50,942 nt of DNA from Candidatus Hodarchaeaceae archaeon (lineage in GTDB: Archaea > Hadarchaeota > Hadarchaeia > Hadarchaeales > Hadarchaeaceae), in contig JASEGJ010000006.1 in assembly GCA_030018135.1 (NCBI GenBank), positions 1 through 50,942 on the forward strand, given 5' to 3'. Under the pieces are notes generated by a model. That model made no database searches. It saw nothing but the letters and a program-made list of their open reading frames with translations, and had not been told where the DNA came from. Positions 38,088 through 48,808 of this stretch are shown piece after piece. Both the position numbers and the translations under genes were made by a program. Position 1 is the stretch's first letter; each line of letters opens with the position of its first letter.

Positions 38088-39944
38088 CTATGCCGGAAAC
38101 TCGTACATGCAGAACTTCTTTCCGCCGCTTGGATAGCTTGCACTCATGCCCTGCCAGTAGTAGATGTGCCCGGCTGCGAAGCCCAGCCTACCGCCATTGT
38201 AGTCCGTTATCGGGTAGGGGATGCTCGCCAGCTTCTCCCAAGTGTTTGTGGAGATGACGTAGCGGTAGAAATTATCGCCGGGATCTTCCCAACAGCTTCC
38301 ACCGCCCAAGGCATAGATGTAGTCGGCTTGCGTAGAGAGCCAATTCCCCGCCCAGAGCAGCGAACCGCCGTCGCCCACACCACCCGCCTCCGGTATGTTT
38401 TCCATCGTCGCCCAGCTATTATTGACGATATCGTAGCGCCAGAAGTCCCGGAGTGGGGTCGTTTCAAGATACTCACCCCGCAGTGCGTAAAGGTAGGTGC
38501 CGCCGGTCCAGACGAGCGAGCAGCCGTCATCAGTGCCTGCAGGTGGCGAGGCCCTCGTCTCCCAAAGGCCGTTCGATGGGTTATAGCGGGCAAAAACCGT
38601 GCCGTGCGAGCTACTCCCCACAATCGAGTAAACGTAGCCATCGTATCCTGACCAAGTTATAGCGTTTCCTGCACCCTGTGGTCCGGGTGTATTCGCCAAC
38701 TGCGTCCAGCTGTCAGTCGAAATTGTGTACCGGTAGAATAGGCGTCGATCCGCATCCTCATATCGGGCACCGCAGAGCGCATAGATGTAGTCACTGTTAT
38801 CCCAAGCGATAGCTGTCCCGTTCCTGAATGCCCCCGTCGGAAGTCCAGTAACGCTTAAGTTCCCCCAAGTGTTCGTGCCGGGATTGTAGCGCCAGAATTG
38901 AGGCGTGGAAGTGGCGTAGAGGCACTTGGCAATGTAGACATAGCTCCCATCGCCGCATACCGACTCGCCATAGCCGCCCACGTCAGGAGTATCCGCCTTT
39001 TCGACCCAACTGCCGAGGTTTGATGGCGCCACCACCAGCGTCACGCTTACCGTCTGTGGATTGTTCGTCGCGTTCAGGTCCGAAACCGTGATCATAGCAT
39101 AGTACGTCCCCGCCACGAGCCCAGTGATATCTACGCTCACCGTCATCGGCTGGGAAGCTCCGCCTGCTAAGCTTCCAGACGTCGGACTCTCCGAGAGCCA
39201 TGTAGCATCGTCCGTTGCAGTCCAGTTGAGCGTACTCCCAGCTGGTCCGGTGTTTGAAACAGTCACGGTCTGCGACGGTGGATTGGCTCCTCCCTGCACC
39301 GCATTGAAAGTTAGGCTCGTCGGAGAAAGCCCTATCGTAGGCGACGGCGGAGGAGTCACAACTAGCTTTACCTCGTCGAACCACGCGAGGGCTTGAGCTG
39401 TTTTATTGTTGCCAGTCTTGTAAACGAAGCGAAGCCTGATCTTGTACGCGCCGGTTTCGTTGAAGGAGGACGAAACGTCCTTGTTGGAGACCGCGTACCA
39501 AGTATTGTAAGCCGGAGGTGCCCCAAGCTGGCTGTCCAGGTCTGCAGTAACCCCGCTCGGTTTCACTATCGTTACATAAATATCCCTTTGGGCTGGAGCC
39601 ACCGCAGCATAGCCCTTCTTCCAGGCGTAAGAAAGAGTAACGGTTGAGTTCGCTTGAATGATCGTTGAAATGGTCTGCTCCCAATAACCTTGACCTGCCT
39701 TGTTCCTACCCACTTCGCTGCTTATCTTCGCGCATCCGCCATTAGCATAGCCAGCTGAGTCCCAGGAGCCCGTTGGCGCCCCAGCAACTGTTACGAAGGT
39801 CCAGCCTGTGGTGTTGCTCACGAAACTGCCGTTAGTTATGACATCGGTCTGTGCAGCCACAGCTGAGATTGTTGCCATCAAGACTAGGGTCACTATTAGA
39901 ATAGAGGTCGTTGGAGATTTACCCCTTTGGTTCAATCCCTTCAT
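38088..39944 (-). CDS. Secreted/surface protein: signal peptide, jelly-roll-like domain, BACON/Ig-like domain, Kelch-type beta-propeller
   Basis: Hydrophobic leader, ITNGSF..GW, LSPTSLTF..WLS..PTSG and about six YIYAL.G...F.RY....W repeats. Confidence 0.75.
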   Translation of the reverse strand: MKGLNQRGKSPTTSILIVTLVLMATISAVAAQTDVITNGSFVSNTTGWTFVTVAGAPTGSWDSAGYANGGCAKISSEVGRNKAGQGYWEQTISTIIQANSTVTLSYAWKKGYAAVAPAQRDIYVTIVKPSGVTADLDSQLGAPPAYNTWYAVSNKDVSSSFNETGAYKIRLRFVYKTGNNKTAQALAWFDEVKLVVTPPPSPTIGLSPTSLTFNAVQGGANPPSQTVTVSNTGPAGSTLNWTATDDATWLSESPTSGSLAGGASQPMTVSVDITGLVAGTYYAMITVSDLNATNNPQTVSVTLVVAPSNLGSWVEKADTPDVGGYGESVCGDGSYVYIAKCLYATSTPQFWRYNPGTNTWGNLSVTGLPTGAFRNGTAIAWDNSDYIYALCGARYEDADRRLFYRYTISTDSWTQLANTPGPQGAGNAITWSGYDGYVYSIVGSSSHGTVFARYNPSNGLWETRASPPAGTDDGCSLVWTGGTYLYALRGEYLETTPLRDFWRYDIVNNSWATMENIPEAGGVGDGGSLLWAGNWLSTQADYIYALGGGSCWEDPGDNFYRYVISTNTWEKLASIPYPITDYNGGRLGFAAGHIYYWQGMSASYPSGGKKFCMYEFPA

Positions 39945-40111
39945 TTTTCGCCTCCTTTGTTGATATAAAACAGACCAAAAATGGTAGCTTGACCGGTTAC
40001 GAATTCATTAAAAATACATCAACGTGCGCGGTTTCCACAATCGCACGCTCTTAGGTAGCATATTCAAGGTGTTTATCAACTTCGGCTAGGCAATTTTTTA
40101 ATTAAACCACT

Positions 40112-41023
40112 ATGCCTGCCCCGGTTTCGGAATTTACGCCTTCAGCTGAGCCAAAAGCCGAAATTAATTTTATATTTGGAGAAAAATTTAATGAAGTCGA
40201 CGAACTGGGATGGCTGATTTCGGTGGCGATCGGCGCGCGGCGAACCCCTAAAGCTTGGCATCGCCGGAGGGCCTTCAGGAGGGGGGCGCGGCGGGTGGTC
40301 CTCCTCACCGCCCTGCTCGCCTTTCTGGCTGGCGCGTCATTCGGCGCCATCGTCTCCAAGGTGGTTTCCGAAAGGTGGTCAGCGGCCCAGCCCTGGCCGG
40401 CGGAAATCGGGCTCAGAAGGGCCTCGACGAAGATAGTGGCGGTGCGCTCGGATGGCATCGGGGTCCTGTGCGACCTCGATGTGGAGATAAAGCCGGGCAG
40501 GGGGAGGGTGCTGGTGAGCATCGAGCCAAAGATGGAGCTCGACATCCAGTACTCCGCGGAGACCGCGGCAAAGGTGGCCTCGGAGCTCACGGGGATCGAT
40601 CTTTCGGGGGCGGATGTCGTCTTCACCATCGTCGCGCCCGCCGAGATAATGGGCGGCCCCAGCGCGGGGGCGGCGCTGACCGTGGTCACGGTGGCCGCCA
40701 TCGAGGGCGTTGGGGTTAGGGGGGATGTGGTCATCACGGGCACCATCCGCGAGGATCACAAGGTTGGTGAAGTCGGGGGCATATTCGAGAAGGCGAGGGC
40801 CGTGGACGAAGCGGGCGCGGCGCTCTTCCTAGTCCCCGAGGGGCAGAGCGTGATCACGATGTACAGGCAGGTCGTCTACGAGCCCGTGCCCGGCTTCAGG
40901 TGGGTGAGATACGATCCGGTGATCGTCGACCTAAAGGAGTACGCGGAAAATGCCGGCTGGAGCGTCCGAATCCAAGAGGTCTCGACCGTAGAGGACGCGG
41001 TGGACCTGATGTTGCAGCGGTGA
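40112..41023 (+). CDS. Membrane-anchored Lon-like (S16) Ser-Lys protease without ATPase domain
   Basis: GGPSAG, ITGTI and VGGIFEKARA motifs; one N-terminal TM helix; real start probably further downstream (for example GTG 40223). Confidence 0.85.
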   Translation: MPAPVSEFTPSAEPKAEINFIFGEKFNEVDELGWLISVAIGARRTPKAWHRRRAFRRGARRVVLLTALLAFLAGASFGAIVSKVVSERWSAAQPWPAEIGLRRASTKIVAVRSDGIGVLCDLDVEIKPGRGRVLVSIEPKMELDIQYSAETAAKVASELTGIDLSGADVVFTIVAPAEIMGGPSAGAALTVVTVAAIEGVGVRGDVVITGTIREDHKVGEVGGIFEKARAVDEAGAALFLVPEGQSVITMYRQVVYEPVPGFRWVRYDPVIVDLKEYAENAGWSVRIQEVSTVEDAVDLMLQR

Positions 41024-41119
41024 GAATTAACTCCAAATGACCTCGGGACGCAAGGTGAAAATAGTAACTTTCGCTCAATTTGTACGGTAGTTTAGTAGGT
41101 GAAGCGCACATTCATACCT

Positions 41120-41194
41120 GGGCCGGTGGTCCAGCCAGGAGAGGATGCAGGCCTCCGGAGCCTGAGATCGCGGGTTCGAATCCCGCCCGGCCCG
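41120..41194 (+). tRNA. tRNA-Arg(CCG), intronless
   Basis: GGGCCGG/CCGGCCC acceptor, CAGGC/GCCTG stem with CT-CCG-GA, GGTTCGAATCC T-loop. Confidence 0.93.
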
Positions 41195-41262
41195 TATTTG
41201 ATTCGGGGTCGAGTCCCAGAAAAAATGGGAGAGATGAGCCCCTAGGAGTTCATTCGGGGAAC

Positions 41263-42522
41263 TTGCCAAGAACTTGCGGATACAAGCACGTATTGCTAAG
41301 AGACGCGAGCGTCCGCCGGTGGTTCGAGAACCTAGGCAGGGGATCCCGGGTGACGGCGGATGTTTACCTGCGGAGGCTGGGGAATTTCTGCAAAGCTCAC
41401 CGCTTGACCCCTTCGGGGCTGGCTTCCATGGAGGAGCGAAAACTCGGGGATTTACTCATGGACTTCGTTAGCCTACAGGAGCACCGCGGCAAGGCTGGAA
41501 GCTACGCAGAGTCGATCCTCAAGGCCATCAAATCTTGGCTATCCTACAACCGCCGAAAGCTGGATGTAAAAATAAAGATCAAGGGGGCTAGGGATACGCC
41601 CTCGTTGAAAGGGGAGAGGATTCCCTCAAAGCACGAGCTAACAAGGATACTCTTCGCGGGGGACAAGAAAACACGGACTGCTTCCGTACTCTTGGCCCAT
41701 GCGGGTTTGCGCATCCAAGCATTGGGAAACTATGACGGTACCGATGGACTCAGGGTTGGGGATCTACCCGAGATGCGTTTGAACCAAGAAGGCGTGAGGT
41801 TTGAACGGATCCCCACGATAGTCCTCATTCGAAGAGAACTGAGCAAGGCGGGGCACAAATACTTCACTTTTCTGAGCGATGAGGGCTGCGGGTATCTGAG
41901 GGATTACTTGGAAGAGCGAATCAGGCGCGGGGAGAGGCTAACCGAAGAGTCGGCAATAATCACGCCGAAAAAGCCGGTGAAGCCCTTCATCCGGACGGCC
42001 AACATCGGCGACGCCATCAGAAAGGCGATTCGACGTGCGGGTTTCTCTTGGAGACCCTATGTGCTGAGAGCATACTTCGCCACCCAGCTCATGCTAGCCG
42101 AGAACGAGGGAAAAGTAATCCGCGATTTCCGCCAGTTCTGGATGGGTCACAAAGGAGACATCGAAGCTCGATACACGACCAACAAAAGCACGCTACCAGA
42201 GTCGGTTGTGGAGGAAATGCGGAGTGCTTATCGAAAGTCACAAGAACATCTAGAAACCACCAAACCGGAAGTTCCGAGCGTGAAGGAAGAGCTTAGGCAC
42301 CAAATTGCATTGATAGCTGGGTTTAAGGCCGAGGAGATCGAGCGCTTGAAGTCAGCTCGAATGAGCGACGAAGAGTTCCAAGCCAAGCTGAGGGAGAAAC
42401 TAACCGGAAACAAACCCTGTCAAAAGATCGTTCCGCTAGAAGAGCTCGAGGACCACTTAGCGCACGGGTGGGAGTTCGTTGCTGCCCTGCCCAACGGGAA
42501 AGCCATCATCAAATCTCTATGA
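41263..42522 (+). CDS. Tyrosine recombinase/integrase
   Basis: GLRIQALG (R), PYVLRAYF, FWMGH and EARY catalytic motifs; probable TTG start at 41263. Confidence 0.88.
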   Translation: MPRTCGYKHVLLRDASVRRWFENLGRGSRVTADVYLRRLGNFCKAHRLTPSGLASMEERKLGDLLMDFVSLQEHRGKAGSYAESILKAIKSWLSYNRRKLDVKIKIKGARDTPSLKGERIPSKHELTRILFAGDKKTRTASVLLAHAGLRIQALGNYDGTDGLRVGDLPEMRLNQEGVRFERIPTIVLIRRELSKAGHKYFTFLSDEGCGYLRDYLEERIRRGERLTEESAIITPKKPVKPFIRTANIGDAIRKAIRRAGFSWRPYVLRAYFATQLMLAENEGKVIRDFRQFWMGHKGDIEARYTTNKSTLPESVVEEMRSAYRKSQEHLETTKPEVPSVKEELRHQIALIAGFKAEEIERLKSARMSDEEFQAKLREKLTGNKPCQKIVPLEELEDHLAHGWEFVAALPNGKAIIKSL

Positions 42523-43009
42523 AGGGTGCGAATATCGATAAAGGCAAAATCGGCAGGTGCTTCTCGAAGGATCGCATCATACGGGCCACCCGATCAAGGG
42601 ATATGCTGAATTCCGATATCGGAGGGATCCGAATCCCTAGGTCTTCCAGGATTCTTTCCTCGCCATATTTTATTAGGTGGGTTTGGATGGTGAACTCGTC
42701 GCAACCCCACCACCACTCGTTTTCCTTGACTCCGGAAGGAACCAGTCTGTGGCCGCCGATCCGTTTTCCCGAGAGCTTCCTGAGAGCTTCTTTAGCTCCA
42801 TAGTAATCTCTGGCTATCCCCTCCCGTAGCAGGCGGTTCGGCGTGAGCAACGCGGGTCTTTTGGGCTCGTCACCCTTGGGGCCAAATTTTGCAAGAATGC
42901 CCCGCTTAACATTTTCAACGTATTCGTCGCTGGTGTGGGCCTTTCTCAGTTCTGAACGGCTAACCCCTTCTTCTCTAGCCAAATCTTCCAGTGCGAAGTC
43001 TTCAATCAT
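42509..43009 (-). CDS. Hypothetical protein of the element
   Basis: Open 166-codon frame with protein-like composition, convergent with the integrase. Confidence 0.5.
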   Translation of the reverse strand: MIEDFALEDLAREEGVSRSELRKAHTSDEYVENVKRGILAKFGPKGDEPKRPALLTPNRLLREGIARDYYGAKEALRKLSGKRIGGHRLVPSGVKENEWWWGCDEFTIQTHLIKYGEERILEDLGIRIPPISEFSISLDRVARMMRSFEKHLPILPLSIFAPFIEI

Positions 43010-43537
43010 TTTCCCAATTTTTCTGGGACAATTGAGCGATATATAGACTTCTCGGGGTGGCGAGATGGCTGCAGGCGGCGAGAAGCGCGCGTGGCCTGCA
43101 ACCAAGGTTGAAGAAGGCGAAATGGCAGATGAAGGCCGACCCCCTAACCGTCGTATCGCACACGAACCCGTGGTCTGCCGAGGTAGGCGGCAATGAATCT
43201 CAAACCCTTGAAAAAATTTGCACTCGAGCGGTTGCCGAAAGAGTCATCGCTGCGCGAAGTTATCCTTGCCGAATCAGACGAGATAACCACTCAAGATTTT
43301 CTCGCGAAGGTTGATGTTTGGCTCAAGCTCGCTGAGTCAGAGTCGAGGAGGTAGTGACATACCCGAGCGAACAAAGCGCTGGACTTGTGTCGCCAATTCT
43401 AACGACACCGCTGTTAAACGCCTGCGGTTCAAACAGGATGTGCCAGCCTTATCTCAAAACGTATGGACCATCCAAGAAAGGCGATATGGTCGAGTTTCCA
43501 GCGGGAACACCGAACTTTTTATCAAGGAGAGTGACCA

Positions 43538-43896
43538 ATGAAGCTCAAGCGCATCGAACATCTATCCTGCCCGTTCTGCGGCACCACCAAGCCCCTGAGA
43601 TCGCTCAAGTCCAAGTTGTTTAAGAGCTTTGACGTCAGGTGGAAGATTTTACTGTGCGCGAGCAGCATACCCGAGAGCCGGGAGGGGGCGGGAAAGGTTT
43701 CACCTTGATCCCGGACGAGCGTCTTTCAATCGTGGAGACGATTAAAAAGCCCGAATATCGCGAATACGCGCGAGGGGTCAAAGGCCGCTTACTTCGGATC
43801 GTGCGCGCATACGTGGACGCGGGATCCATCACGGCGGACGAGCTAATCAGCAGGCCCTGTGAGCTGGCAAAAATTCTGGAGATAAGGCATCGATGA
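43538..43896 (+). pseudogene. Small CPxCG protein, frameshifted at a T-run near 43648
   Basis: MKLKRIEHLSCPFCG after a GGAG SD; adding one T joins it to FTVREQH...LEIRHR*. Confidence 0.45.
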
Positions 43897-44074
43897 GCTT
43901 ACCGCTACCCCAAACATTTCCTGGGGTCTTCTCCAACCCGCCTATATCCCTTTGATCATTCTCTACTCTCAAATTGGCCAACCACGCGAACGATCTCCTT
44001 TTTGCCTAGGAGGCTTTATCCCCTACCCCTCCCTCTCTCTTTTACCGTATCCCACTCCGAGCTCGGTCAATGCC

Positions 44075-44116
44075 TGTCTGACTGTCCGGTTGTCCGGTTC
44101 GTCCGAAGTGTCCGGC
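44075..44116 (+). repeat. Five tandem 8-9 bp direct repeats (consensus TGTCCGGT)
   Basis: tgtctgac tgtccggt tgtccggt t cgtccgaa g tgtccggc, ending about 23 bp before the HTH gene start. Confidence 0.75.
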
Positions 44117-44138
44117 CCTTCAGCTTTGGGTGAAAGGT

Positions 44139-45393
44139 ATGCCAGATGAGGAAAAGATCGAGCACGTTTTTGCTGAAATTAAGGCTGGAAGGCTGTCGTT
44201 TCGGGGCGCCGCCAAGCAACTTGGGATTCCGAAATCAACGCTTCACGATAAGTACGAAAGATGGCTTGTGAGGGAGATTAGAGAACTTGAGTCAAAATTC
44301 CCGAAGAAGCAAAAAAGCAAGAAGATCTTGAAAACAGGATAGCGAACCTTCAAGAAAGACAGGGCCGCATCGAGAAAGAATACGAGGAAAAAAGAAAAGC
44401 AGAGGAGGCCGAACTCGAAAAGATCAGGGGACAGAAAGTGGCGCTAATGGAGGAGGTTCAAAAGCAGTGCCTGACTCTCGAAGAAGCGGTAGAGGCGGCT
44501 AAGAGCTTCAAGGAGACTAGGCAAGCTACGAGCGAACTCCTCAAGCGGAAAGAGGAAGCCGAAAAGCAGCTTTCATCGCTCGTAGAAAGCCGGGAGGCCG
44601 AGAGCCAGAAGGTTGAGCGTCTGATGTCGACGAGGAAGGAGCTGGAAAGACAGACAGCGGCGATGAAGAAAAACTTGACCATTACTTCTCTTTGGAATCT
44701 GTTTACGAAAGAATGCTTCTTCCAGTCCCTTGCAAGAACTGTTCGGCACAGATCTTCGTCGCCCTTCAAGTTCTCAAGGAGGTCTTTGAGAAGTACCTTA
44801 CGTCCTTCATTCCATGGGGGCTCGATCTTCGTTGCTACCGATGCGGCATGACCGCTTGGTACCCCCTGCAAGAGTTGGCGGTGTTTGCAGCAAAACCGAT
44901 TGTTTGGGGGATGGCTGAGTTCTTCGAGCGGTGGATGAAGAAGCCAAAAGACCTGAAGCGAGCGAAGGAAGAATACGATCGTCTGTGCGGAGAGGTGGAG
45001 CTCAAGAGGAGGGAAAATGACGAACTCTCCGCAGAGAAAGAGGGTTTGAAAAACGAGATCGAAGGCAAACGGAAAGTACTCAAAGAGATCGAAGGGAAGA
45101 TGAGAGCTGGAACCGAGGAGCTTTGGAGACTCGAGAGAAAAATAGAAGCCGGGTTGAAAAAGCTGGCGGCGGTCGACCAGGAGATAGAAAAGAAAACAGA
45201 GATGCTGAGGAAGATCGATGGAGAGATCGGGAAAAGAAAAGGCGAACTCACCTCCTTGATTGAGGGGGTGGAAAAGCAGAAGCGTAAACTCATGAGCTTA
45301 ATGCTAGACTATGCTAACATCGAAGCCATGAGGGATGCCCTATTGGAGGCCGACCATGGAAGGAAAAAAGAAGTGCCTGCCGTTCCCGTTTGA
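44139..45393 (+). pseudogene. HTH + coiled-coil + Cys4 Zn-ribbon + coiled-coil protein, split by two single-base frameshifts (about 44297 and 44670)
   Basis: LSFRGAAKQLGIPKSTLHDKY HTH, heptad E/K-rich segments, CKNC..CYRC; both shifts are at A-runs. Confidence 0.65.
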
Positions 45394-45541
45394 TCTACCT
45401 CTTCGGATCGTCAATTTTGTCGATTCCATAGCAAAAGGTGTAGAGGAGCTAGATAGATCGATTAGGGAATTGGACCGCGAACTCGGAACTACCCGGACCC
45501 TATTTCAAGCAGAATTTCCCAAGAGCCCTTCCAGAGGTTGA
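45356..45541 (+). CDS. Small hypothetical protein
   Basis: GGAGG SD then ATG; its stop overlaps the next TTG start at 45538. Confidence 0.45.
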   Translation: MEGKKKCLPFPFDLPLRIVNFVDSIAKGVEELDRSIRELDRELGTTRTLFQAEFPKSPSRG

Positions 45542-45607
45542 GCTCGTCCGAGATATCTTCGGAAACCAGAGAAGTCTTCGAGGAAGTCAGGGCTAAAAAA
45601 GGGGATT

Positions 45608-46749
45608 TAAGTCATCTTACATAGATATTGCTATATATATCCCTCCGTAATCAGTACTAGTGGAGGCTGGCTGAGGGGGTGGGGTGGCAAACCAAAAAGA
45701 GGTAATGTCACCTATGGCCAGACCTGAAGTGTTGAAGTTGGAAGAAAAGAAAATAAAAGCGATAGAGGAATTCGCAGCCGAGACGAAGTCGGTAAGGGAA
45801 TACAAACGGGCGCAAGCGGTGCTTTACAAAGCAAGAGGGATGAGCTTAGAGCAGATAGCTCAGCTCTTGGGTGTAGACTGGAGTACTGCCCAAAGATATC
45901 TAGCCAGGTACAAAAAGTACGGGGTCGCCAGTTTCAAAGATAGACCAAGGCTTGGAAGAAAACCGAAGCTATCAGAAGAGGGCAGGGAAAAACTCCTCAC
46001 GGTTGCCCTGAAGAGCCCGAGGCTCTTCGGCTTCCTGAAAAACAACTGGAGTTTGGGGATGCTCAGGCTCTACCTCAAGAAGGAGACAGGAATAGACATA
46101 AGCGAGGTTCACATCTGGAGGTTGTTGAACAAACACAAAATTGTGTACAAAAGACCCAAGCTCGTAGCCCCCGGAAAAGGCGGAAAGAGGGCGAAAAAGG
46201 TAGGAAACTACAAGAGGGTCGCTAGGGCCCTTTTAAAAAAAGGGTGATGGTGGCCTTCGAGGACGAGACTTGGGTCGAGCTTCTACCAACGCTCTGGAAG
46301 TGCTGGTACCTGCAGGGCAAGCTGCTGGAGGTTGAAACGCCTGGGATAAACGAGCGAGCGAACGTCTTCATAACGCTGGACTTCGTATCGGGAAAACTGA
46401 TCTACAGTGTCCACCGGAGAAGGAGGAGCAGGGAATTCAGGTACCACTTGAGGAAGTTGATGAAACATGCGAAGAGGAGGAGATTCAAGCGGGCCGTTTT
46501 GATGATAGACAATTCGCCCGTGCACCGAAGCGCGGAGAGCAGGAGATTTCTGGAGGAGAACCGTCGGTTCCTGAAGGTGTTTAACCTGCCCAGTTACTCA
46601 CCGAACCTGAATGAAGTTGAGCACATAAACAGACAGCTCAAGCGGGGCGTGTGCGCCAACGTGTACCACAGAAGCATGAAAAATCTGAAGAAGGCTCTGA
46701 GGGGATATCTCAAAAGCTTTGGATGGCAAAATTTAGGTAAGATGACTTA
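45608..46749 (+). mobile_element. IS630-family insertion sequence, complete, TA duplication
   Basis: Inverted ends TTAAGTCATCTTACATAGATATTGC and TTAAGTCATCTTACCTAAATTTTGC (3 mismatches in 25). Confidence 0.92.
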
Positions 46750-46750
46750 A
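45684..46750 (+). CDS. IS630 transposase, OrfA (HTH) + OrfB (DDE) joined by a -1 frameshift at TTTTAAAAAAAGGG (46231-46244)
   Basis: DRPRLGRKPKL, FEDETW, IDNSPVH and LPSYSPNLNEVE motifs. Confidence 0.88.
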
Positions 46751-47396
46751 GCAAGGGCGAAGTTGCAGACCTTCTCGAGAGGCTAGGCTGAGGATATGAA
46801 GGTCAAAGGACTTTGTATCGCGGCATGAATACAACACCCAAAAAGTCTTTTAGCTGACCGAGCGCATCGCCGATCTATTTAGAAAAGGCTATGTCGAACT
46901 CGAGTGCGGAAACCCTCAAGTCATCCGCAATCCAACTGGGATTAGATTCCAAACGGTCGATCTGCAGAATATCCCGTCGATGCGATATGCGGGTAACTGC
47001 TGGGGGTTAAGGGCGCCTAGTAAACTCGCTCGGGGCTGCACAACTTTCTGATGTCTGGATTTCAACCGAGGAGGTACCCGTGCTCAGGATGTCGCCTTGA
47101 CCGTCAAGGAATTCTTTAGCCGCAACTACGAGGTTGAAGTTCTGCCAGCGGCAAGCAAATGCATGGGGGCTCCCCTTTTCAAAAGCAGAGGGAGTATGTT
47201 TGTTATTGGCCTGTAGGGTGTTCCTCAGAATTTCTGAGTTGGATAAAATTTTAGCGTCCTGTGTGGTCCCTGAAATCTCCGGCCAAGGTTTGATGACGAG
47301 GCTAACTTCCCGCCTTTTTCCCGCAGACGAAAAGTCTTTGCCGCCAAAAGATAACTCGAGCTATTCCTCACGCCTGAGCCCCGTCGCCCTATTGTT

Positions 47397-48291
47397 CTAT
47401 GGCGAGACCAAGCAAACTCGCATCAGGTCTAGGAGCCTGTCCCTAGCGGGTCCAAGCTCAATTCCAGTGGCTTCAGCGGGTGTTCGATTTATGGCTTGGT
47501 GGGTCTTTATGAAGTTGTGGATCACTCGTCTCAGCTTCAAGGATGCCCCGGCCGAGGCGAAGCCCTTGAAGTGCCTCATAACCTTGTATCGCTGTTTTAT
47601 ATCCTGGTTGTGGCGCTCTATCGGGTTGTTATTGAACTTGAGTCCACACTATCTGCAGGCTATGGGTATGCCGTGCACGAGCCTCGCTATGCGGTAGAAG
47701 TGCCTGTTGAAGGCTGACTTGTATTGTCCGAGCTTGCCGCTCACGAAAGTTATCAGCCTTCGCTCTTTAGGCGGCTTGTGCTTCTCGTGCGCAAAAACCT
47801 CGTGGATCTGCGTTCCTATGCGTTTTTTGAGGGTTTTAAAGAAATCGTCGAACTCCTCCAGCTTCTTTCTCCCGACGAATTTGCAGCCCAGATTGTACTT
47901 GGTTTGGCTGTCGGCCACGTTTATGCTCTAGTGCGTTTTTCCCCACCTTCACTTCGACCTCGTCAAGATGTATTCTTCCTTTGACTTTCGGCTTTGGTAT
48001 TTGTTTACGCTCGAATTTCTCCACCAAATTCGCGTATTTCTTAACCCAGTTCAGGATGCTTCCATCCGCGTGGTACATGTACCCCCCTTATCTTGCCGAG
48101 GGATAATCCCTCAACAAAAAGGTGCAACACTGCGACGATGATTTCCTTAGGGTAGGTCATCCTCTCAAACCCATCGCGCTCGATGAAATAACGCCTGCAG
48201 TCCTTGGACCTGTACCTTGCTTGGTGACATATTTGTTCCTAAGTTTGCCCGCTCTGATCACGAGTTCCGATCCGCAGTGGGGACACTTCAC
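47397..48291 (-). pseudogene. IS6-like DDE transposase with N-terminal Zn ribbon, several frameshifts
   Basis: KCPHCGS, ILNWVKKY, IHLDEVEVKVG and NNNPIERHNQDIKQRYK pieces in different frames. Confidence 0.75.
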
Positions 48292-48399
48292 GTTCGATCG
48301 CTTTCCGTCCTCCCACCTTTCTCGGGCCAGCCTCCCTCGAAACCTGTTTGGTGCAAGGGGGAGGGCCTTCCCCCGCCCTCCAGCCGCCTCGTAGGTTAT

Positions 48400-48808
48400 G
48401 TTTTTGGAGGTTTCGATTCGCATCCACATGTTTATTCCATAAAACTATCTCCGAGATTTGGGCTTCTTTCGCCAATTGGGGGCTTATTCGAGTTTTTTCA
48501 GCTCTTCAGAAGAACTCTGTTTGTATGCGGGGCTCGTTCCCTCGACGAGGGAGTTGGGAGGTAAGATAAAACGAGTTAGGATAACAAGCGAGAACGTAAC
48601 TCATGCGTTGGGTGTTAGACTTATGCGTTCTGAGTCATCTAAAGTACGATACAAAGCTCACCAACTACTGGAAACGAATAGTAGGGAGAAGGGAAAAAAG
48701 ACAGCCACCACGGCAAACGCAAGGAAGATGTTGAAGGTTATGTATTGGATGCTAAAACGAAAGGAGGTGTGTCACCCAGAAGGTTTGAAGCTCGGCAAAT
48801 ACCGCTGA
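48400..48808 (+). pseudogene. IS110-family transposase C-terminal remnant
   Basis: FSSSEELCLYAGLVPSTRELGG and KKTATTANARKMLKVMYWMLK motifs. Confidence 0.75.

Noticed and set aside
41080-41262. Integrase ORF reading through tRNA-Arg, suggesting an SSV1-type split integrase
   Set aside because: The integrase looks complete from about 41263 and no partner fragment or second att was seen; the open frame may be chance, though it is not fully excluded.
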